NCBI RefSeq assembly: GCF_000143415.4
Contig: NW_003314317.1
Coordinates: 1,123,183-1,187,182, forward strand
DNA from: Selaginella moellendorffii
Lineage: Eukaryota; Plantae; Lycopodiophyta
Length of the DNA: 64,000 nt
Reading direction: 5' to 3'
Numbering within the stretch: the stretch's first letter is position 1; every line of letters begins with the position of its first letter. Both the position numbers and the translations under genes were made by a program. This document shows positions 12,501-26,116 of this stretch, piece after piece. The notes under the pieces are model-generated. The model ran no database searches. It worked only from the letters and a program-made list of their open reading frames with translations, and was not told the DNA's origin.

Positions 12501-15500
12501 CTTCGGTTGGCTTAGACCTTAGTATGTAGTTTGTATGATGCGGCCTGAAAGGGATGCTGACTTTTGGGGCTAAGGTAATTGAGTTGGATAGAGTCTGGAG
12601 TTAGTGTAGAAAAGTGGCCGTTACACTTTTCTAGAAAGGTGACCCTTGTGCCTTTCTTTTGTAGTGTTATGCTTGGTGGCAGGTTGCACTTTGCATTTCG
12701 TTAGACTCTATGAGAGTAGTGAGCTCTCACTGATCTTGATTTTGTCTTGGTGGCCCTGCGCCTTGGCTAAGGATGGTGATGTTCAACTTAGTTGTTTAAG
12801 TTTGAGATGTTGGTACCCATACTGTAGCTTTGTCTATAAGGAGGTTGTGTACCGATATGGATCCATCTCATGGTTTTCACTTTAGTTTCAGCTAAGTGTT
12901 GATCATGCATAGCTAGCCTCTTCAAGGCATGCTCAGAGCTATTGGTTAAATGCATTAGTGAGCTTATTGCGGTTGAGTTGGATTCGAGTGGTCATTTAGT
13001 TTGTGCCTGTCCATGAGCTAATATCTCGTATCTGGGGTATTATATTCATATTGGACAAGTATATGACTCGATAACATGAGTTTAGTGTTTGGGTCTCATG
13101 AAAGCAAGTTGAAAAAGTGATGGTTATTTGCTTGGCAACTAGTGATTGCTTGTAGACTTTGTCAAGGACTGTTGACACTTGCTTCACTCGATGAAGATTT
13201 ATCAGTGATGGGCTTGCTTTACCGAATGGGGTTGCAGAGGATCGTGTCGTTAGACTTACATGGGTTTTCCATGTTGGCATGTCGACTCTACCTCTGTTGA
13301 TATCATTTGGTTGCGTTTAGTTCATAATGTTGGATTTCATAGAGTCTTGGACGTGGTGATTCACTCCTTGAGGAAGTGTTATCTGTACCTGAGTATTGTT
13401 GAGAAATTGGTCTCGGATACTGAGTAAAGTATCTTCGACCTTGGTTAGCTTAGTTGCTAGAGAGTTTTGAGTGGTGATTCACTCGTGCCTTCTTCTAGCT
13501 TTGTTCTAGTGTTGATGGTATTGAAGTGATGCCTTATTGTTGACATTGTTGATGTTGAGATTTTAGTGAAATGAGATGTCTCTCTACAAGATTGATGTCG
13601 AGTTTCATTAGTCTTGATAAAGATAGTATTGATGATTTGGCTATAGCTCTGTATTATTAGCATTCGCGCATTTGCTAGATAGCAACTGTATTGACGTTCA
13701 AATGAACTGAGTGGCAAGTTGAGTTAGTTATGTTCTAGACGAGATTAGTAGGGGTGAGCTTTGAGCTTTTCCTTGAAAAGTGATTTAGTCATGGACTATA
13801 CTAACTCTACAAGTGGGAGAGTTTGATTGATATTGGAATATTTGAATCCTTATGGGATTTTAGTTGAAATATATCGATCATTGATGATTCTTTTTGTGCT
13901 TGTTATGAAGTGAGTTACGTCTTGCTATGGATGGATTCATGGAGGATCGTTTGGTGGTCACTTGTCCAGCATAGCTTCGTTATGCTTAGCTTTTGGATTG
14001 ATGCAGACATGCTCTTCATTAGCTTGGCATTATGAAGTTTAGCTTATGGATGTGTTGAGGAGGATATTATGGGTTGTACTATAATTTCTTCTTTAGCATT
14101 GAAGTTAGTTCATGCAAGACTTGTAATCATTGTTAGGAAAGACTTGGCTATAGACTTCTTCGAGCTTTTGGTTCTTTGAGTTTTCATGCTCATTGTTCCA
14201 TTTGTTAGGAGTTGTTGGGGGAAGGCATTTTGGCTCATTAGCTTTGATGTTGACATTAGTATTTGCATCTAGCAATCATTGGTGATGATTAATTATCATC
14301 TAAGATAGTTGATTATCCTTGTCAAGGGTTTTGCTTGGTTGTTGTTGATATAGAATGATTCGCTGCTCTTTGAGATAGTGGATTCTTTCTTAGACGATGA
14401 TTATGCATCTCTCTATTGATAGGATGATTGATGATCTTTTATGGTGGTTAGTTGTTCTCTTTGATGGCTTGTGGCTTTTCGCAATATCACATGTTCTTTG
14501 TGGTTTGCTCTGGATTGGTCTCTTGGGTTTGAAACATCAGTAGGATGTTGCTGACACTTGCTTAGGCAACTTGAGTTCTTTGGTATTGTTGGCTGGGATC
14601 TATTCAGATTGGCTTTTGTGATAGTTGGCAGGAATGAGTGTTTGTTGGTCTTACTGCATTCATTCTGTTCTGTTGATTATTGCTCAAGTTAGTTTTGATA
14701 GGTTGGGATGTTATTTCCTTCGGGGGATACATTCGCGAGCATTGTGCTTGTCAGTCAATAATATTTTGTGTTCTTTGAGTTATCTTTCGTAAGTTGTTTG
14801 GCATTCTATCTGCAATCTTTAATAGTTAAACTTTATCATTGAGTTTACTTGATGATATATTTGCTATTGAATTTTGTTTGATGGTGAATCCTATGTTTAC
14901 CAATTATGATGATCTTGGTGGTTCCTGCACTATAATACTAGTTTATCGGATGATAACTTGCTTGGAATACTTTTGTGTTCTAATCTAAGATATATTCACT
15001 GATAATTAAGTCTCTAAGATATCATTGTCTATGACTTTGATATTGTCCATCTATTGATCTTTGAGTTTGGGCCAGTAATAGGCAGACTGGCTTCGGCACT
15101 TCGTGTGCATGTTGAAATCTCTAGTCATGGGGTAGCTACTGTCGACTGGTCACATAACCCGCCTCTCTGTCGATGTTCCTTATTCCGTTAAAAGGGCGTG
15201 ACCGTGTAAACAACTCTAACTGCCTGTTTACAGTAGTCTATCTAAACCTAACCGACGGGTTTGGTTTCTTTGCTCAGGAGGGTTGGGGCCTTTGGCTTCT
15301 CTCTCTATGTTCCTGCGGGTAGGGCATATCACACTTTTGTAAGCTGGGTGACTCCCAGAGCAGCAAGGGTGGCTAACTCCGTTGGTCATTTCCTTGTCGG
15401 CGACGGCCGGAAGGTGTCTGAGCTGGTAGCGCATTCGCGTTAGACAAAGAGGTTGCCCCCTAACTCATTTAAGTTGGTGCATTTCTCACATAGTGTGAGT

Positions 15501-16735
15501 ACCGTGAACTTTTTCTGGAGTTGTTTCCTTGGCAGTATTCTAGACTCGAGTATGCATCGACGAGGATGTCGATCTTCCCAATGGGGGGAGAGTGTCGCAA
15601 ATGTGACTTCAGGTATCGAAAGTTACCTGTCGGCTAGTCCTTACGGACACTCTTACCTTACTGCCACGATGGCAGGAGGTCGGTATTGCTGGACCCGTTA
15701 TCAGTCTCCGCCTAAGCTAGTTGAGAAACTGGTCTTCGCGTGTGCACTTGACCAGATGGGCATAAGGACGGAATTCCTACGTGCTATTTGTCAAGCATAC
15801 TTGACCTGGTTAGAGAAACTCATTCGTTGACTTGCACTTGCTAGTGTTGGGAACCCCCGCGATATTGAGATTGGTCCCTCAATATCGCTAGATGATAGCT
15901 TACCCTGTCTGCCAAACACCCTCGCTATCATGCCCTTTGTGTTGGTCTCATTTCGGTCCCAAATGCTATTTATGGAAAGTGTCTAGATTCGCTCATTTGG
16001 CATATCTATGGAATGTAGAGATCGGCCTAAACACAATGGTGTTTGTCCCGTGTCCAAATTCGCAATCTAAGGACATTCCATATTTAGTAAGTTTCGAGCT
16101 TGTCCCAGAGACTAACTCCTGATACTAAGGGAGGCTTGGGGTGAAAGCCCAAAGCGTGTGTTCCTCAAGGGGGGGGGGCTGTGGGGGGTTTCAAATGTAT
16201 AGTAGGGATAGTGGGTAGGTCGGGCATGGCCGACCAACCTGAGGCATAGTCTAGCTCCCGCTTGCGTGCCTGTCCTTGTTCTGCGTCCGGCTTGGGTCTA
16301 AGCCCAAGTTCCATTCCATGCTAGTTGGTGGAGTACCCATATCCTCGTGTTAGGCCACCGGTATGCCGAAATAGCGCCAGACTCCGTTTGGCTCCATTTT
16401 GCGTGCTGGTCTTGGCATTGGGATGTTGGTTACTCTAGGACTGTTCCAAGTCGCTCCGGGCTCCTGTCCCTTCGCTCCTTGGGCTTTATGCTCGGGAGTT
16501 GCTCCGTGATTCGGTTCCATCACTCCTTGGCTTCATGCTTGGGAGTTTGGCACCGTTCCTTCGTTCAGTGGCCCAAGGCCCTGAACCTTGGGTTCCTATG
16601 GACATGTGGCATGGACACGTGGCATATGACACGTGGCATCTGTCACATGGCACTAAGAGGGTTTAGGTTCCGCTTCGTGGTGTTATCCTATGGTAAATCA
16701 CCATAGGATAAAGGGTAAAAACCACGTGCGCTACA
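9534..16735 (+). mobile_element. Intact young non-autonomous LTR element (LARD-like, family A)
   Basis: LTRs 9534-10678 and 15593-16735 (~98% identical by eye), TG/CA ends, TSD GGTAT, tRNA-iMet PBS TGGTATCAGAG at 10681, PPT ATGGGGGGAGAG at 15581-15592. The 4.9-kb interior has no long ORF. Confidence 0.95.
10681..10691 (+). promoter_or_regulatory. Primer-binding site complementary to initiator tRNA-Met
   Basis: TGGTATCAGAG, 2 nt after the LTR-terminal CA. Confidence 0.92.
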
Positions 16736-17179
16736 GGTATAGCAAAAGCGTGGGCTTAAAGCTTGTCATGAGGTGAAGCTGGCAAGATTAGGGAAATAGT
16801 TCCCAAGTGTTCAAAGAAATAGCTTTGAATGAAAGTTGATATTTAAGGACTTTCACACTTATGTATAGAACTATATTATGTTGGTCAGATGACCTGCTAA
16901 GCAAGATTACCAAGTTAGAGGAACAAAAATCCTAGCTGAAGGTGATAATTTCAAGAGGATGCCTTATGAAGCCAAATATAGAAGAGTCTATATATGATAA
17001 CAAGCTAGTCAACTAAATTATCAAGTGAGAGGACTTGGAAGCTTAGAGGAATTAAGTTCCTAAGCTATGATTGGATATAAATTGGTGCACCAGTGTGAAG
17101 AGTTATGCCAGACATTTTAAGTGATACTGTCCATAGATGTATATTTGAAAGTTGGGTTTAGGTTTGAGTCTCATTCTAC

Positions 17180-17373
17180 TGTAAGCTCCTGGATTTGGAC
17201 TTCCCGGGAGGTCACCCAGCCCAGTACTATTCAAACCCAAGGACACTTAACTCTAACTATCCCAAGACTCTTAACCGTTTGGAAAAGGGGGTGCACTCTT
17301 GTTCATGGGCCCTTTCCCTCTATATTTGAACCCTATGGATCGTCTCTCGAATCGTTCCCTTTGGTTGCTTACA
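17180..17373 (-). mobile_element. Cassandra solo LTR
   Basis: 194 bp, TG...CA, 5S-derived core, perfect TSD TCTAC. Confidence 0.93.
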
Positions 17374-20300
17374 TCTACTAGGGCGTGGTGATGGTTTGGA
17401 ATATGAGGATACTCATGTTTTGGTAGTTATGGACTTTCAATAGGGAGGTTAGCTTAGGCACACTATCAAATAGGGGATGCTTTAGAGTTATGATGCACAA
17501 TTAAAATGCTTAATGTGAAAGCTCGGCATATTTAACTTGAACACTTTGGTGCAAGTGGCACCAAAGACGGGTGAATGACATGGGAAGACTTAATTTCAGT
17601 TGCTATGGACCTTTGGCCAGAAGGGCTAGCTTGGGCACACTTCCAAGTGTAGGGGATGCCTTTGGGGTCATGGTTAACAACTTAAGGGTTTGGCAAATTT
17701 AGTACTCATTAGTAGACATGTTAATGTGTCAATATGAGATCACTAAGTGATCTTATGGCTAAACAAAGACAATCTCTTTGTTAGGTTAAGAAATAAGCTT
17801 TCTAGTTCAAAGTGTTGATTTAAACTGTTGATAATGGTGTGACTTGGTTAAAGTGACCAAATGGGAAAGACATTTAGGTGAAATTAATTATAAAATATAA
17901 TGGTATTGTAAGTTTAAGAAAAATAATCTCTAAAGAAGAACCTAAAGAAGGGTCATAAGATTGGCTAAGGATAAAACTCATAACAAAAAATGCTAAAGAA
18001 ATTTACTAGGGATGAACAACTATTGAAGTTGGCAAAACAAAGCTTTTGCTTTGGAACCAAAAGGATACCTCAAAGATGGAGGTAGTGACCTTATGTTATT
18101 TGGTGTAAAATTAAATGATAGAAGCAAAAAACTAATGGCTGAGAATGAGCCTTGAAAACTATTGGAAGGAATCCAAATAATAAATTAAGCAAGGAACCAC
18201 TAAGTGGATGATAATGGATTGTAGAAAAGGAAATATATTTTCAATAACAGGATTCCCAACTACTCCAATTTAGCAAAAGTGAAAGCTTTAAAAAAGATAG
18301 AGTGGCAAATTAGCCAAATGATGGAGCCATGGATAGCTCTAGCACAAATTATAAATAAGTGAAATTTTGTGTTAAGGGTGGCACAAAATAAAAGAGAGGA
18401 TGATGATGCTCTCAAGTAAAAAACTTCATAGGATGAGGAAATGGAGTTTGCATAAATGGTGCAATACAAAATGTTAGACACACCTAGGAAATTGATTTGA
18501 GATGTTAATATTAAAGTTCTAGAGTGCAATGGTTATGTTGGTAAAAGTTAAAACTACTCAGAAATGAATAATAAGATTGAGATAAAGAAAGTGACTTTAA
18601 CAAGTTTAGTGAGAGCTAAACAAAAAAAAAGAAAAAAAACCAATACAAGTGATTTTATGAGTCTCTAAGATGGAGAGATTATACTCTTTAAAGAACAAGC
18701 AAGGTATGGTGAGCCTTTGGTGGCAAACCCTTGATAAATATTGGTTTAGTGCTAAGGATGAAAATAGTAATCCATAATGAGGTTACTTTATAAAATGGTT
18801 TATTGTTTGATAAGGACATTGAACTTTAACTATGGGTGGTGGAGTTGTGAGACATAAATCCCTAAGCCCCAAAGTAGAGTTGAAAGCAGTGGTCAAAATA
18901 GAAGTCTAACAAATGTAACACATTGGGACTAAAAGTTCCAACTCAGAAAGATAAGAGCGAGAGTGAAACTTTGAATAAAGTTGCAATTGATGAATGAGTC
19001 TTTAGAAAGGGATATAAAAAGGATAGACACATGACAAGTGTCGTGAGACATAGAAGTCTCAGGACCAAGTTTGAAGAGTTCAAGAAGGAGTTTGAGATGG
19101 AGTTTGAAATGGAATTCGAGATGGAATCTAAGAAGGCATTTGAGAAGGAGTTCGAGATGGAATCTAAGATAGAGCCCGAGGTCAAGTCTGAGATGGGGAT
19201 TAAGACTAGGACCAAGACCGAGACCAAAACTAAGACCGAGATTGAGATTGTGATCAAGACTAAGTCCAAGTCTGAGATTGAGTTCAAGCCCAAGTCCGAA
19301 GGTGAAAGCCTAAAGCAATTGTCTCCTAAACCCTAGGGGGTTTAGTGAGCTTTGAAAGGATAGTAAAAGGAGGACTCCAGTGGAACTAGTTTGGTTGAGA
19401 AAGGCCAGTGTGACCAATGAAGGCTATACCCATGTGGTGGGTGATTGATGATATAACCACTAAGGAGTCCAAGGCTAGAATGAACATAAATGGACAAGTG
19501 AGGTAACTTAGTGAAGTGTTCAAGAGCAAGTTTTAGGTCCTCTAGGAAATTAAATAGTCAATGCTCCTAATCCAAGTGTGGGTGGTATTACCTAATTGGA
19601 TACTTAATATGGCTCATTGAAACCTTGCTCTAGCCATGTGGCTAAGGAACCCAAAGGCAAAAGGTGGGGAGAGTACCCACAAGGCTCACATTAGGCCACA
19701 GTGTTTTGAAATGTTGTCATAAAATCCTAGATTGTGGAAAAATAGAAGAGTAATCCTCTTATGTAGTGACCAAAGATAGAATCACATGGAAGGAAGTCCC
19801 AGATGTCAATAGGATTTAGTGGTCAAGCCTTTGGGCCCTAACTTAGTGGCAGTGTTGGCAAACACGGTTGTGGATGAAAAGGGACTTAGTGGGGACCAAA
19901 AAAGGAATATTGAAGAAAAGTGTTCCCTATTTCTCCAGGCATCCTAAGGATGCTAAAGTATAGTCATGGGATGATCACTCATGGACAATCTTTGGGAGAT
20001 AAGATTATGGTATGGGTGGTTTTAGATTACCCATAAAACAAAGGTGAATGGATATACCCTTAGTGTAATAAGCTGATATGTCAGTGGTATCTTTGGGTGT
20101 CTGTCGTAGGACTAGACATATGGATCACTTGGACCAAGTACAAACATTGAAAGGCATAGATGCCATTCACGAAGTTAGCATGTCCCCAAGTCAAAAATAA
20201 AATTTATGGAGGTTGTGAGTAAGACTTCTTCAAGTGGTCAAAAGTGTAGTTAAATGACTAAAGTAGAATGGAAAATTTAGTCATTTATATATAATAAGAA

Positions 20301-20810
20301 GCAATAAGAAGATATAAGTGATAAAAAGCAATGATAAAAGTAGAGGGATGAAATGAAACAAAAGTGAAAGGAATGGGAGTATAAGATAAGGGGGAAAAAC
20401 CTTAAATTAACTATTGGTATGATTGTATTATAATTAATCCATTCAAAATCTTGATTCGGTACTACTTGTAATGATTAAAGCTGAATCTCAAGATCCCCCA
20501 TATACATAGTTAGGTTTACTTTATCCTATGCACATGCATGCGTATGACTATTGTTATAGAGAATGAAGATTGGCTCTACTACATGATACTATTGTAAACA
20601 ACATGTGATAACAGACTAAAGAATAAAAAATAAACTCAAACCTTTATCAACCAATATAAATAATAACAAAAGACCTTTTATTACAAAATCAAGCATTGAA
20701 AGTGGACACTAGATAACCTTATGTGAAGTGAACTCCTTGATAGTACTCTTAAAAGAAAGATGATGGAGGGATCACTAACTTTTTTGTAGAAGAACCCTTC
20801 ACTACTCAAA

Positions 20811-20962
20811 TGTAGTGTGTGTGATCATGAGATGAAATTTGGATATACTGTTATTATGGACCTTGGGGGATAAATGGGGATAAATAACCACTAAGGGCTC
20901 TCTCATCAAGCAATTGGTCCTTTTCCAATTAGCTTAAGGGGAGAAAGATAAGGTGTGCTACA
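20811..20962 (+). mobile_element. Solo LTR of the TRIM family at 25406
   Basis: TGTAG...GCTACA, homologous to 25406-25567; near-TSD TCAAA/TTAAA. Confidence 0.85.
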
Positions 20963-22359
20963 TTAAACAGTTCCTCAATTCTTAGCAAAATCTTTATATC
21001 AAAACTTTCCACTATAGCAACATCAATAAAATATTGTTGACACTAAAACATCCATTTAAGAAATTGAGGACACTAGGAGCAAAAGCAAGAAGAGTTACAC
21101 TATATGCCATGAATGCCACTATCAATTGAGTTTAATTATTCAATTATAGTTGTATAACATTAAGCAACTACATCAATTATTGCTCTAGCGTCAAAGGAGA
21201 ATAAAGCTATTAGAAATGAGAAGTATGCTACTTCACCATGAAGATGAACTAAAAGAAGAAGAAAAGCTAAAGAAAAGAAATGGAAAAACTATAAAAAAAG
21301 AGAGAGAGTTTTAGATACTATAAAAGCTAAATTTAAATCAAAAGCACAAACCTAAACATATTTCAAAGAAAATCAAAGTTGCCCTTAGCTTCCACCAATA
21401 ATGTAAGTGTATGCAATATTTTATTATTTTGAAAACCCTAGTTTATATATAAGAGTAAGTGCTCCGGATTTAAACTAATCTTGTTGCTATTAAAATTCCA
21501 TTGTGCTAATAATACTATACAGAATTATAGCTATACATTTGGACCTCACAAGATGAAGTTGATTTATTTCTGAAAATAAAAATTTATATATAAGCTTTTG
21601 TAAAGTTTGTTAATACATGTATTATCCTGCCTATGTAATACATTAATAATAGTAGTATAGCATATGAACTTTCCATTTGGGATTGAATTTAGTCTATCCA
21701 TTTTTATAGATAACAAAGGTCTAAATCCCAATTAAGATATCTATTCTCATATTCTAAGCACTCATATTAGTGGAGTTAAGGGGAATTACAATTTAACTCT
21801 GGAGAGCAAAGCTTTTTAGCAATGATTTACTATCACAAATATGATTGTGGGCATTGAAAGTTATCTATCAGTTAGTCCTTTTAGATATTCTTTCCTTACT
21901 ACCACAATGGCAAGAGATTGGTATTGTTAGACCCTTTATCAGTCCCTTTTATTCAAGTGTTAGTAAATTTGACTTAGCATCTATACTTGGCCAAACGAGC
22001 ATAAGGAAGGAATTCCTAAGTGCCTATTTAGCCAAATATACTTGGCTCAGTTTGTTAGTTCTTTTTTGCTCTATCTTGTATTAGCTTGATAAGAACCCCT
22101 ATAATATTAAGATTGGCCCCTCAATATTTGCTAAATGATAACTTATTATGTTTGCCAAACACCTTCATTATCATGCCCTTTGTGTTAGTCTTGTTTGGTT
22201 TTAATTGCTATTTATGTAAAGTGTTTAGATTTGTTAATTTGGCATATCTACAGAATGTAAAGATTGTCCTAAACATAATAGTATTGGTCCCATGTCCAAA
22301 TTTGCAATTTAGCACCATTCTATATTTAATAAATTTCAAACTTGTCCCAAAAACTAACT

Positions 22360-24304
22360 TGTAAGCGACTAAATTTTCCACTCTATTTTAGTTACTTAAC
22401 TACACCTCCAACCACTTGGAGGAATCTCACTTACAACCTTTATAAGTCCTATTTCGAACTTGGGGCTTGCTAGCTCCAAAAATGGCATCCATGCCACTTA
22501 ACCTTTACACTTGGTCTAAGTGCTCACGTGTCCGATCCCATGACCGACACCTAAAGGTACCATTTACATATCAGTTTGTTATGTTAAAGCCATGCCCATT
22601 CACCTTTGTCACACTGATGATCCAACACCACCTACATCACAGTCTTGTCTTTCAAAGACTAAGCCATCCATCCATGAGTGATCATCCCAAATCCACTCTT
22701 TAGCATACTTAGGATGCCCGCAGACATAAGGAATAACTTTCCCCAATATCCCTTTTTCAATCCCACTAAGTCCCTTTCTATCCATGGCTATATTTGCCAA
22801 CATTGCTATTGAGTCAAGGCCCATTGTCCTTTGGGACTTCTTCATCATGTGACCATATCTTTGGTCACTACACCAGAGGACTGCCTTTCTTCCTTTCCAC
22901 AATTTGAGACTTTGGGATAACATTTTAGAACACCATGGCCCTACGCGAGCCTCATGGATACTCTCCTCACCTTCTGCCTTTATATGCTCTAACCATAATG
23001 CTAGAGCGAGGTTCTGTTGAGCCATGCCAGGTATCCAAGTAGGTAGTGCCACCCATGCTTGGACTAGGAGCATCGACCATTCGATCTCCCAAAGGAATTA
23101 GAGCCGGCTTTTGAACACTTCACCAAATTACTTTGCTTGTCTTTCCATATTCACTTTAGCTTTAGACTCCTCAATGGATATATCATCACCCAGCATATGG
23201 GCATAGCCTTCCTGGGTCACACTAGCATTTCCTGGCTCCACTGGGGTCCAACCCCCACACTCTCCCTACTATACTTTTAGAACCCTCTGCAGCACCCCGC
23301 CCCCCTCTCCGGGGAATGATCGCTTTGGGCTTTCAGTCAACAGCCTATATTAGTATTCGGACTTGGACTCAGACTCAATCTTGGTCTCAGTCTTAGTTTC
23401 AAACTTAGACTCAGACTCAGACTGAGTCTTGGTCCTGATCTCAGTTTCAAACTCGAACTCAGTCTCAATCTCAGTCTCGGTCTCTAACTCCATCTCAGAC
23501 TCTATCTTGGGTCCATCTCGGACTCCATTTCGGGTCTATCTTGGACTCCATCTCGAACTCCATCTCAATTCCATCTCAGACTCCATCTTGAGTCCATCTC
23601 GGACTCCATCTCAGGTCCATCTTGGGTCCATCTTAGACTCCATTTTGGGTCCATCTCGGACTCTATTTTGGGTCTATCTTAGACTCCATCTTGGGTCCAT
23701 TTTAGACTCCATCTCAGGTCCATCTTAGACTCCATCTCGGACTCCATTTCAGGTCTATCTTGGACTCCATTTCAAACTCCATCTCAGTTCCATCTCAGAC
23801 TCCATCTTGAGTCCATCTCGGAGTCCATCTCGGAGTCCATCTCAAGTCCATCTTGGGTCCATCTCAGGCTCCATTTCAGGTCCATCTCGGACTCCATCTC
23901 GGGTCCATCTCAAACTCCATCTCAGACTCCATTTTGGGTCCATCATGAATTCCATCTTAGACTCCATTTCGGGTCCATCTCGGACTCCATCTCGGGTCCA
24001 TCTCAAACTCCATTTCAAACTCCATCTCAAGTCCATCTCAAACTCCATCTCAAGTTAGACTTTATCTCAGACTCTTCCATATGTTATGTGTTGGTCCTCT
24101 TGCGTCCCTTTTCTAGAGACTCACTTACTGCTTGCTTCGTGCTCATTCCTTAAGCACTTCGTTGGGATTTTCACTCCCACTCTCAACTTTCCAAGTCAGA
24201 GCTTTTAGTCCAAACATGTTACATTTGTTTGGCTTCCGCTTTGGCCACTACCACATGGCACCCTTTTAACTCCACTTTTGGGGCTCTGGGATTTGTGTCT
24301 CACA
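22360..24304 (-). mobile_element. Family-B solo LTR with expanded 12-bp repeat array
   Basis: Reverse complement of the 4744/18846 LTRs; perfect TSD TAACT; GACTCCATCTCG-type array at ~23360-24070. Confidence 0.92.
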
Positions 24305-25405
24305 TAACTCTTAGTACTAAGGGTGGCTAAGGGTGAAAGCGCAAAGCATATGTTTCTTGAGAGGGGGGGCTTATATGGGGTTCTAAATGTATAGTAGAGA
24401 TAGTGGGTAGGTCGAGTATGGTTAACCAACTTAAGGTATAATTTAACTCTTGTTTGCGTGCTTATCTTTGTTTTGCATTTGGCTTTGGTATAAACTAAAG
24501 TTCTATACTATACTAGTTGGTGGAGTATTCATTTTTTGCGTTAAGCCACCAATATATTGAATTAACACTAAATTTTATTTAGCTCTGTTTTGCATGTTAA
24601 TCCTAATATTGGGATGTTGCATTCTTTAGGACTGTTCTAAGTTGCGTACTTTTGTCCCTTTTCTCATTGAGCTATACACTCGGGAGTCACTCTATGCTTT
24701 AATTCCTTCGCTCCTTGGTTCCATATTTAAGAGTTTAGCTCTGTTCCTTCATTCAATGGTCTAGAGCTCTAAAATGCGGGTTTCACTCTACTGTTCTTAG
24801 ACACATAGTATGTGGCATATGGCATATGACACATGGTACATGGACGGTTTAGATTCTACTTCGTGGTTATCTTTTGGTAAACTACAATAGGATAAAGGGT
24901 GAAAACCACGTGCATTACATTTGTATCAAAGATACATCTTAGTGAGTACTATCCAATGAAATTGAGCAACTAATCTCATTGCATATGCAAAGATGAAGAA
25001 GATGATTTGAGTGGGTACATGTATTGGTACTAAGACTTTGCATTTGTTTCGGTATGGATTTTAGTTACCTTTTGTACCATATTATGTGAGCTTGCTCTTG
25101 GGCTCATAAGATGGACTAAAATGTTCTGTTTGCACAAGTTTGCACTTGGGCTTATGAGTGAGGCACATTAGCAACTCAAGGTTACACTTTGAGTTGGCAA
25201 GATTAATATTAGCTTATCAAGGGTTACCATGAGTGGTTCCATATACCATGGTTAAAAGTAAACCTCCTTTGGGTTTGCTATGTGTGGCAAATAAGCTGAT
25301 CTATAGTTGTTTAGCATGGCATTAGTGTTTCTTCCTAGGCATGATTAAAAGTGGATCAATCAAGATTGTAAGGATTAGTCTATTAGTTCCTATTAGTTCA
25401 AGTAG

Positions 25406-26116
25406 TGTAACGCATGTGATCATGGGATGAGATTTGGATATACTGTCACCGTGGATCCTTGGAACCTTGGGGGATAAATAGGGATAAAATAGCCACTAAG
25501 GGCTTTCTCATCAAGCAATTGCCCTTTTTTTAGTTGGCTTAAGGGGAGAAAGATAAGGTGCGCTACAGTTGGTATAAGAGCAAATGGCACGGGTTCAATT
25601 CTCATTGATTAGTGGCTACTTAAAAATATAATATACCTTTGAGCAAGGTATATTTCTACCCCTAAATTTGAAATCGTACGTATTGGGCATCCATGCGTAC
25701 GTCCTTCCTCTTGTGTGGAGTATCCACAAACGAAGGTATCTACCGTGGGACTGTGGTATGGGTGGATGACTAGTTGCCTCACATGGAATAGCTGGTCTAC
25801 ACAATAGAAGGATTGGTAAATTGAGTGTGAAAATAGAGGTGTTGGTTCCCCTTGGCTCAATAGGGGTTGTTAGTCAATAGTCAATGAGGACATTGACATT
25901 TCTGAAGGGGGGGTGAGTGTAGCGCATGTGATCATGGGATGAAATTTGGATATACTATCACCGTGGATCTTTGAAACCTTAGGGGATAAATGGGGATAAA
26001 ATAGCCACTAAGGGCAAGCAATTGCCCTTTTTCCAGTTGGCTTAAAGGGAGAGAGATAAGGTAGCAATTGCCCCTTTTTCAGTTAGCTTAAGAGGAGAGA
26101 GATAAGGTGCGCTACA
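25406..26116 (+). mobile_element. TRIM (terminal-repeat retrotransposon in miniature)
   Basis: LTRs 25406-25567 and 25918-26116 (the latter has an internal duplication), PBS TGGTATAAGAGC, PPT GAAGGGGGGGTGAG, perfect TSD AGTAG, ~350-bp noncoding interior. Confidence 0.93.

Larger units (their letters stand above)
4744..20289 (+). mobile_element. Decayed family-B LTR retrotransposon (probably Ty3/Gypsy) hosting nested insertions
   Basis: 5' LTR 4744-6165 followed by PBS-like TGGTATC at 6169; purine-rich TGGGTGGTGGAGT before 3' LTR 18846-20289; near-TSD TACAA/TATAA. The internal region is stop-riddled with only faint pol-like remnants. Confidence 0.75.

Noticed and set aside
15410-15460. tRNA-like GAGCTGGTAGCGC in the family-A 3' interior
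   Set aside because: Resembles only a D arm; no T arm or acceptor stem.
23360-24070. CRISPR-like array (also considered 58900-59340)
   Set aside because: No unique spacers, no cas genes, eukaryotic context.
25480-25540. Hammerhead ribozyme/retrozyme in the TRIM LTR (minus-strand TTGATGAGAAAG)
   Set aside because: No CUGAUGA...GAAA core with stems I-III could be built.
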